A stretch of DNA of 64,000 bases from Epithemia pelagica. Its lineage: Eukaryota; Protista; Bacillariophyta. The notes beneath the pieces were generated by a model. The model was not told where the DNA came from. It made no database searches and saw only the letters and a list, made by a program, of their open reading frames with translations. The stretch spans positions 5,766,001 to 5,830,000 of the forward strand of contig OX337228.1 of NCBI GenBank assembly GCA_946965045.2, read 5' to 3'. Numbering within the stretch: position 1 is the stretch's first letter; the number at the start of each line of letters is the position of its first letter. Position numbers and translations under genes: made by a program. Shown here in pieces: positions 55,566 through 64,000 of the stretch.

Positions 55566-55716
55566 TCCAGCCGGTCGATGCGCGCCTGTATGTCATCTCC
55601 CTCCATCTCTCGATGTTGATGGAGCAAAAAAATGGACAAGAATGATTGCCCATATTGTAGAACAAGAACGACAGTGGTATAGACAAGGGTGAAAGATTGA
55701 CAAGAAGCAAGAAAGG

Positions 55717-58700
55717 ATGTCTCCTCTAAAGCGTCGTCTGTACAAGGATTACGGTGAGTCATCTCATGAGATTCCACCCAAGAGGTTGCGCGGCGGTGGC
55801 GACGACTATCCCGACATGGATGGTGGCTATGTCGAAGCCTTGCCCGAAGACGAAGACCAACTCTTGGACAATGCCGTAGACGATAATATGATTCCCGAAG
55901 AAGTCTTGAAAGAGGCCAATCAACGCGTGTCTGTGAATGAAAAAGATCGTACTCGTTGGACACGCCCCGACGTGTCGGCCAAATGGCTCACACCGTCGAT
56001 TAATCTGGACATCCAGTGGCTTGACATGGACATGACCATTAGCCAAGATGTTCTTCCGAAGAATCCAAATCCCACCAAGGACAGAATTGTGGGACAGCAG
56101 ACTGGACCGGTTCCCGTGCTTCGAACATATGGGGTGAACGAAGATGGCCATTCGGTTGCTGTCTATATTCACGGCTATACGCCCTATGGCTACTTTGCCT
56201 TGCCTCCCGGTTACACTGTGGATGGTGATATGCAGGACATTCGCAAGACCTTGGAGGTTCGATTAAAGTCGGTGGTGCCAAATGCCAGTGTCACCTCGGC
56301 ACGAGTTGTCGGAGTTGAGCTGGTTCGAGACCATACCTCCATTTATGGCTACGACTCGCCCGATACACAGTTCCTCAAAATCTATGTCTCCCTCCCTGGT
56401 TTTATTCCCAAACTCAAAAGTATCATGGAAGCGGGTATTTCCCTACCAGGGATCTCGGGACCACAAGACGATACTGGAATTGCGCCTTCGTTCAATGCCT
56501 TTGAGTGCAATGTTCCGTTTGTCTTGCGATACATGGTGGATCGTGGACTTGCTGGAGCCGGCTGGCTCACACTGCCAAAGGAGACTTATCTTGTTCGACC
56601 TCAAAACAGAAAGGAAACACACTGCCAGGTAAGAAGTCGCTGCGGTTTCGTTTGTTCCTTGTATCATGATTGTTTTCTTACCTTTTGGTCTTTTGGATTC
56701 AAGATTGAAGTGGACATTAGCTACGACGATGTCATTGCCCAGAAATCCGAAGGCGAATGGAACAAGATTGCTCCTCTGCGCATTCTCTCTTTTGATATTG
56801 AGTGTCAAGGCCGAAAGGGCCACTTTCCGGAAGCGAAACAGGATCCTGTCATTCAAATCGCCAATTGTCTTACGGTTTATGGTAACGATAAGCCAATTGT
56901 CCAAAACGTGTTCACTCTCAAGGGCTGTCTCCCGATTGTCGGAGCTCAGGTTATATCGTCGGACAAGGAAGAAGATATGCTCATGAAGTGGCGGGCGTTT
57001 CTGGAAGCTGCTGATCCTGACATTATCACAGGTACGTCGTGTCGTACTGTTTGTACGCGTTTCTCAAACGAACACTGACATCAGTTGTCATAGGATATAA
57101 CGTCCAAAACTTTGATATTCCATACCTTCTGGACCGTGCCGAGGCAATCGGCAAGAGTGGGAATAAAAATGCGAAATCCCTCTTGGCGGGGTTCGCACAA
57201 TGGGGCAGAATTCGCAACTCTAAGGCCAAAATGAAAGAAACGACCTTTCAGTCGGCGGCATATGGGAAACGAAACAATGTAGAAACTACCGTGGAAGGAC
57301 GTGTAATCTTTGATATGTTACCATACATGCAACGCAATCACAAGCTCAGTTCCTATTCCCTGAACTCAGTTTGTTCCGAGTATTTGGGACAACAAAAGGA
57401 AGATGTTCATCACAGTATCATCTCCGATCTTCAGCAAGGATCCGATGAAGATAGGCACCGGCTTGCTGTGTACTGTCTGAAGGACGCCATGTTGCCTTTT
57501 CTTCTCATGGAGAAACTTTCTGTGTTGGTGAACTATATTGAAATGGCACGTGTAACGGGAGTTCCAATGTCATTCTTGATTTCACGAGGACAACAGATCA
57601 AGGTATATTCCATGATTCTTCGAAAGTGTCGCGATGAAAATTTTCTGGTACCTACTTTACGAAAGTCAGGTGCCGCACCTGGAGGAGATGTCGGATACGA
57701 GGGTGCGACGGTTCTTGATCCAATCAAAAACTATTATGATATACCAATTGCAACTCTTGATTTTGCTTCCTTGTACCCCTCTATCATGCAAGCATGGAAT
57801 CTGTGCTATTCAACCTTGGTCAATCCCAGCGAGGTCCACAAACTTGAGTCAAGCCAATACAAAAGAAGCGAAAATGGGCACGTCTTCGTCCACTCACACG
57901 TGAAGAAAGGGGTGCTGCCCACAATCCTACAGGAACTTTTGACAGCGCGAAAACGTGCCAAGAAAGATATGAAAAACGCACCCACTGAGTTTGAACGTGC
58001 CGTTCAGAACGGGAGGCAGCTTGCCTTGAAGATGTCCGCCAACTCAGTCTATGGATTCACAGGTGCTACAGTCGGCCAACTTCCTTGTCTACCGATTGCA
58101 AGTACAGTCACCAGTTATGGTCGAATGTTGTTGGAGAAAACCAAGGAATACGTCGAGACGAACTACACTCGCGCGAATGGGTATGAGCACGACGCTCAGG
58201 TCATATATGGGGACACGGACTCTGTGATGGTGAAATTTGGAACCAAAACAGTGAAAGACACTTTTCCTTTAGCCCTTGAGGCTGCCGAGAAGGCATCCCA
58301 AATTTTCCCCAAGCCCATTCTCCTTGAATTTGAAAAGGTGTACTTTCCATACTTGCTGATGAACAAAAAGCGTTACGCTGGCTTGATGTGGACAAACGAG
58401 GACGAATACGACAAGATGGACACCAAGGGACTTGAGACAGTACGTCGCGACAATTGTGCTTTGGTTCGTGACGTGGTGCAAATGTGTCTGCACAAAATCT
58501 TGATTGGACGAGATGTTCAAGGCGCTATAGCTTATGTGAAGGCACAGATATCCGATCTTCTGCAGAACAAGATGGATATATCCCGATTGGTAATCACAAA
58601 ATCGCTGAACAAAGGCGCAGAGTTTGCCCTGGGTATCGGGGGAAAGAAAGAGGATTACAAAGTGAAGCAGGCTCACGTTGAACTGGCCGCCCGGATGAAG

Positions 58701-59361
58701 AAACGTGACCCCGGGTCGGCACCACAAATGGGAGATCGTGTACCATACGTGATCATTACCGGTACGAAAGGAGCTGCAAACTTTGAGAAGGCGGAAGATC
58801 CAATCTTTGTTTTAGAAAACAATGTGCCAATCGATTTCAAGTGGTACCTTACCAATCAACTCGAGAAGCCATTGATTAGGATTTTTGATCCCATCATCAA
58901 CGACCCGAAAAGGCAGCTTCTGCAAGGAGACCATACTCGTAAACTGTTCATTCCCACCCCGGCTGCCAGGAAAGGTACATTGATGATGTTTGCTGTCAAG
59001 ACGGCACAGTGTATCGGATGCCGAACAAGCGTTGATGCAGCAAAAGGCTACCTCTGTGAACGCTGCAAACCCATGGAAGCGGACATATTTCTTGAGAAAC
59101 TAGAAGTGCTTCGTGAGGCCGAACTGCGTTATGCCGAGCTTTGGGCCAACGCTCAGCGTATTCATGGTACAGTTCATTCTGATATGTAAGATCCCTAAGG
59201 TTGAACAAGCTGCTTTTATCATTGCATCCATTTCTCACAAACGCTATTCCATTTGCAGCATGTGTACAGGGGATGGATGTGGTTGCCAGTTTTACCGGCG
59301 CAAGAAGGTGCAGGCAGACATCAAGCTTGCTCAAGAAGCTGTGGACAAGTTTGGACGATAG
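55717..59361 (+). CDS. POLD1: DNA polymerase delta catalytic subunit, 4 exons
   Basis: Exons 55717-56628, 56704-57031, 57094-59185, 59259-59361. ExoI SFDIEC, ExoII GYNVQNFD, ExoIII YCLKDA, DFASLYPSIM, KMSANSVYG, YGDTDS; CysA intact. Confidence 0.98.
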
Positions 59362-59553
59362 ATCTGCTTGTTGTGTAGCCACACGGTTTAAAAGATAACT
59401 TCATTCTTACTATGGTGATATACCAGTGTGGCTACGAAGATCCATACGATTCCATTGGTTCAGAGTCCTAATCGTGCGTTTACGGCAGCTCTATATAATG
59501 AAAGGATTAACCTCTCCACGTTCAAATCCCTGATAGACGTTGTGGGTCGATCT

Positions 59554-60864
59554 TCAACGTGAACCTTTGACTTTAAACTTTGTAGGTCCCCGAGATACTC
59601 GTCGTGGAGAGCGATTCTGATTCTCACAACCAGTGCATTCACAAGAGCTTGTGCAAAGAGCCCCAATCGCAAAGCAATCACAATATTTCATAACACACCT
59701 GGGCAATGAATCGGACGTGAGAAAATATCGAGTACACCGCAAAGCATCGCATCACGATATCAACATACCTGCTTCGCTTACACGCACATCCTATTTAGAA
59801 AAAGAAACAAAACAAGCGTGAGACCTAAGGGACAACCAATTGTAAGAGAAGTAGCGATGATAAGAGGTCATACCTTCTCCAGTCTTCTTCTTAAGCCGAG
59901 GTTCAAACGCGTCGATACGTCTTTTAAGGATTTGTGAAATGGCACGTGGCCGGGAGTCGTTCGGGCCATTAAAGGCTTCCAAATTCTGACAACCTTTACA
60001 AGTACAGAGGTTTGGATCGCAGAAGGTCCCAGTTTGAAAACATGTACAATATAGCTTGAGACAATGTGTATTCTTGCATTTGCAGGCTTTTTCGGTAACG
60101 GGGACATCAAACAGTAGTTGCCTTGACCGTGAAGCAAGATCTATGGAGGTGATAGCCATGTATGCTCCGATATCACCTTGCTCCGTTTGAGGCCGTTGCT
60201 CCGAAGCTGCCTTCTCTGTCGATTCAGAGGTTAAGTTGCGATCAGGAGCACGTGCTACCTCAGGACGTGATTTATGGTCCTGCACATTTGCATTTACAGA
60301 TGGTGTGAGGTCCAACAAAGCAGCGACTGCATCAGCTGTATCTCGACAGGAAGTCTGGGTGACGAGAGATCTCGATGAATGTGAAGCAAGTGGGATCATC
60401 CGGGATTGAGTGGTCCGGATCTGGCCTGTCCGTTCGGGAACATTTCTTGGATTGGAAAGGTCATCGTTAACATCTATGGGAATCTGTCGTTGGAATGGAC
60501 GGAAAGATGGGGTCGATGGGTATTCCGAGACTCGCGCAGAAGCAAGCGATTGGAAAGCTGAGCCATGTGAGCTCTGTCCATGATGATGATGATGATGACG
60601 ATGATGATGATGGGGCATGATATATCCAGAGTCTTCTCTTGCTTGCGATCGAGACAAAGCTTGTCTTGCCGAAATCGACTGGTCGTAGATCCAGGAGGGG
60701 GGAAGCGTTCGAGCTTTATCAACAGGCATTTGAAATCCCTTCGACCCTTCAAAGTTGCTTTGATCGTCTTCCACAGTTGACTCTCCGTTCGAGATCGTAT
60801 GGGGCAGATCGGATTCTTGAATGGACTCGATCGTTCCAAAAACCACCCGGTTTCTGGAAACCAT
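59554..60864 (-). CDS. Tesmin/TSO1/LIN54-like protein with two CXC domains, 3 exons
   Basis: Exons 60864-59874, 59790-59769, 59698-59554. CKCKNTHCLKLYCTCFQTGTFC, RIDAFEPR hinge, GCACKRSRCVMKYCDCFAIGALC; start at gccATGg is tentative. Confidence 0.9.
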
Positions 60865-61149
60865 GGCACCGATTGAATCGTCTTTCTTAACGACGCTCAA
60901 TCCCTTGAGGTCGAGAATGTAGATGGATTTCTTTTTGCTTTTGGAAGGATGGTTGATTACTGGAGTTGCGCTGTCACACACAGTTGTCCGTCCCGAATGG
61001 TTTTTGAGAAATGTCGATTGTTGAATAAAGTGAGACCAGTTCAAAATTGTCCCTGTGTTTGTGGCTTGGATGGCGCGGACTCGTGACCAATTGTCTATTT
61101 ACTGTATGTTCGTTCTTCCCTCCGGTCTGTACCTGTACGAGTCCTATCT

Positions 61150-61199
61150 CCGTCCCCCGAGTCTCGCAGCCGCGCCGTCCCCCGAGTCTCGCAGCCGCG
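61150..61199. repeat. Perfect 25-bp GC-rich tandem duplication
   Basis: CCGTCCCCCGAGTCTCGCAGCCGCG at 61150-61174 and 61175-61199. Confidence 0.95.
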
Positions 61200-62727
61200 C
61201 GCGAGTTGGTCCCGCTCGAATGATTTCCTGCCGGGCTACCTGTGCTACGTATTACAACACCAGAATTCCCATGGAATAGCCATTACCTCGGTTTTGTTGG
61301 CCAAGTCGCGGTAAAATCGCACCTTCTGATGGCCATTTGACCGACAATTTTGCGATGACTAGAAATAGTCGACCTGGGTAGCTCCGTAGTAATTGGTAAT
61401 GATCAGCGTCTTGAAAGTTATGTTGGCCGAATGGCCATCAGAATTTCTGGTAGGTAAGCTACGTACAGACCAGATTCGGCAATGGAATCATTCTAACTGC
61501 AACAGACCATATCTAGAGCAGTGTCTGCGAGTACCTACTAGCTAGAACAATGCAATCGAAGTAGATACGAAAGGCTACTGGCAATAGAGTAGCTTGCCGT
61601 AGATGATACGGACTGTCTCTCTTGTGGTTGTCACTACATTGTGTAGAACAGAAAAGGGAAAGGATGAAAGCAGAGCCCATACCATGTAGGTCGACTTGAG
61701 GATGCCCCAGGAAAGAGGCATGTCCGGCAGGATCCCTTGCCAGCACCACCCATGTCACCAGTGGATCAACAACCAACCATGGAGATGTATGGGGTAGGGG
61801 GTGAGTGTCTAATGATACAACAGTGTAGTCCAATTTAGAACTGTTCTACGGTTAGCCGGACTCTTTGCTTCCCTGTCGGTTTTAAACTAGCCATGTTGAT
61901 TGATGAGGATTCATCTACTGGCAACCAATGGAAATATACAAGAACAAGGCAGACACTATAGCTATACATTATACTGGGAGTAGGCAGAGAAGGTTGATAC
62001 CTCTCATACGATAGCTACCAGAACAATCTTGTTTCTCGTCTGGTTCAAGGATCTCCCGGAACTCAAAGTATGTGGATTGCCACCACGGAATGGTAAAGTG
62101 GGTGGTAAAATGATGGATTTGGTCCCAGGGGTTCGGAGGCAAAGATAATTGATAATGCAAAACAAAACAAACACAAGAGTCATCCCACGATTCCACCATT
62201 GTGTCGGAAGGTGAACAGTAGCTATTGTAGAGCTCGAAAGTACGGAAACCAGAGGCTGTGATCAGCGGTAGACCTTTCATTGTTTCCACGACCTTTGCCG
62301 TGTTGGCTTTATAGCCGCCATCGGAATACTGGTCCTTGAGCCAAATCGAACCAAGCCTAAGCAATGGAGTAATTTGTTTCACACAAAAATTTGAAATTTC
62401 CTCTGTGACGACGGGTAGTTTTTCTCAACTAAGCCATAGTCTTCCTATTTCGGAAGTAAGATTCCAAATTCCATGCCCTACATACGTCGCTGGTAGATTT
62501 CCCTACATACGTACATATACGTAGACTAGTACTGGATGGTCACTGTGGCCATCAATTCTTCTACAAGACACATTACTCCTACTCCTACAACAGTTTCTCC
62601 TACCTTAGGTCACATAATAGGACTACGTTCTCCAAGGAACATCCTAGTCTCTCTACGTCTATAGGGTATGGACGGGGAGAAGCTTCAATAGAGTGGTAGT
62701 TAAGATTCAACCAATGCAAGGAAGTTC

Positions 62728-64000
62728 CTATCCTCTCCTCTTCCTTGCCTTTTTCTTCCCTTTCCGAGCATTGAGCTTCTTCTTGTCTTCTGTCCGAGAA
62801 ACAGTCCTTTCCGACATCATCGCATTCAGGTCGTCCTGGTTTGCGGGGGCCGCCACTGCGCCACCACGCATTTCGCCCTCTGGTGAACGTTTTCCGAAAT
62901 TTTGCCGAAAAATGTCCTCCTCTTCCATATCCCAGATTGACAAGCTGTTCCCTGAACCTCCACATGCCAGAAGGGCAGGGGCGGAAGCGTAAAAATCAAC
63001 ACTGTACAGCTTACCGGCGCACATGTCCTTGCTTCCACATGCACGGGGAGAACAACTTCTATCAACTCCAAGATCCCACAATGTGACACACTTGTCAACA
63101 GAACACGTCACCATTAAGCCAGAAATATTGGGGCTGTAAGATAGATCGGTCATGCCGCCGTATTCGTTCGCTACCACTGACCACAAAGGCGATGATGTTT
63201 CAAACTTTCGGACATCCCAACATTGAACCAGACCGTCCTCCGTACCAACAGTCAAGTATTCGGGATGAAATGGGTCCCAAGCGACAACCTCGCAGTCCGA
63301 CTGAGTCTTCACAGATTTGACGTTCCGCCCATCAGATCGAGCATCAAGCAAGGCAACAGTTTTGTCGTATGAGCCCGTGGCTAGCAAGGTACCTTCGTTG
63401 GGATGCCATACCACAGACTGAACTTTGCCTTTATGATGTTCAAAGGTGGCCGCGTTGGACTTCCCCGAGGAGTCATCGCCTGCCTGTGTGACATCCCATA
63501 GTTTTACGGTCGTATCAGCTGACCCACTCGCAACAACCTGCTTGTGGATTGCGTTCCAAGACAGTGACATTACAGCACCCGTGTGACTTCCAGGCCGCAG
63601 ACCTCCTGGTCTAAGATCACTTTTCCTTTGTGACATTTTCCCCAGTGGAGAAGATGTTTCGCCTCCCAAAATACAAGACGGCTCCAGTGCATTAAGTACA
63701 TCGAGGTTCCACATTTCAATACCTGTATCAAACGTGCCAACAGCACAAAAGTTGCCTGGGTTCCCGTCACAACTTACTCGGCCGTGAGCGAGGCAAAGAG
63801 GAAATGAAGGAAGTGGGATGTCGTGGTGAACATACAAAGAACCCTTCTTTGTATCATATACATGAACTTCCAATGCAGAGAAATCCTGGAGGGGTCTGTA
63901 GTGAGACATACTGAATTCGACTACCACAGCAATCAATGATCGCTTTATCACACACTTACATCCTCTGTTTTGGCGACAAGAACTAGCGCGTCATCTTCTG
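62728..64000 (-). CDS. PWP1: Periodic tryptophan protein 1 (WD40), 5' end outside window
   Basis: Exons >64000-63960 and 63885-62728 (74-nt intron). LVAKTEDDFSALEVHVY, LYVHHDIPLPSFPLCL, AVGTFDTGIEMWNLDV, SGSADTTVKLWD. Confidence 0.93.

Noticed and set aside
59520-59530. GTTCAAATCC T-loop-like sequence
   Set aside because: Flanks do not fold into a tRNA; no tRNA or rRNA gene was found in the window.

Overview
Gene-dense (about 27 protein-coding genes) eukaryotic nuclear DNA, most likely from a diatom. This rests on short 60-135 nt GT-AG introns, bipartite plastid presequences with an ASAF-like cleavage site, a diatom-type H3.3 and a CoDi-like retrotransposon; the species cannot be determined. 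Most genes are housekeeping: SMC1, class II eIF4E, TFIIS, MYB, EPSP synthase, ORC4, ZPR1, PAF1, DPAGT1, LAMTOR5-like, RPL10A, YchF, proteasome beta1, ADAT1, H3.3, TMEM87-like, Pol delta, a CXC/tesmin protein and partial PWP1. The main accessory feature is a complete Ty1/copia LTR retrotransposon (28109-34422) with identical 111-bp LTRs. It has three unusual traits: gag and pol share a frame and are separated by a single UGA-CAA stop (candidate programmed readthrough), the LTR ends read CAA...TTG with a 4-bp TSD, and the primer-binding site is atypical. Other oddities: a Pol delta lacking two CysB Fe-S ligands, a kinesin-14 with degenerate switch motifs and a PH-like domain, an Hsp70 lacking its substrate-binding domain, a protein with five DVDLLPW repeats around a long single alpha-helix, a protein with about six SH3b-like modules, and a TACTCCTA octamer recurring in intergenic spacers. 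There is a 200-N assembly gap at 42061-42260. Exon boundaries and family calls come from manual motif recognition, not database searches.
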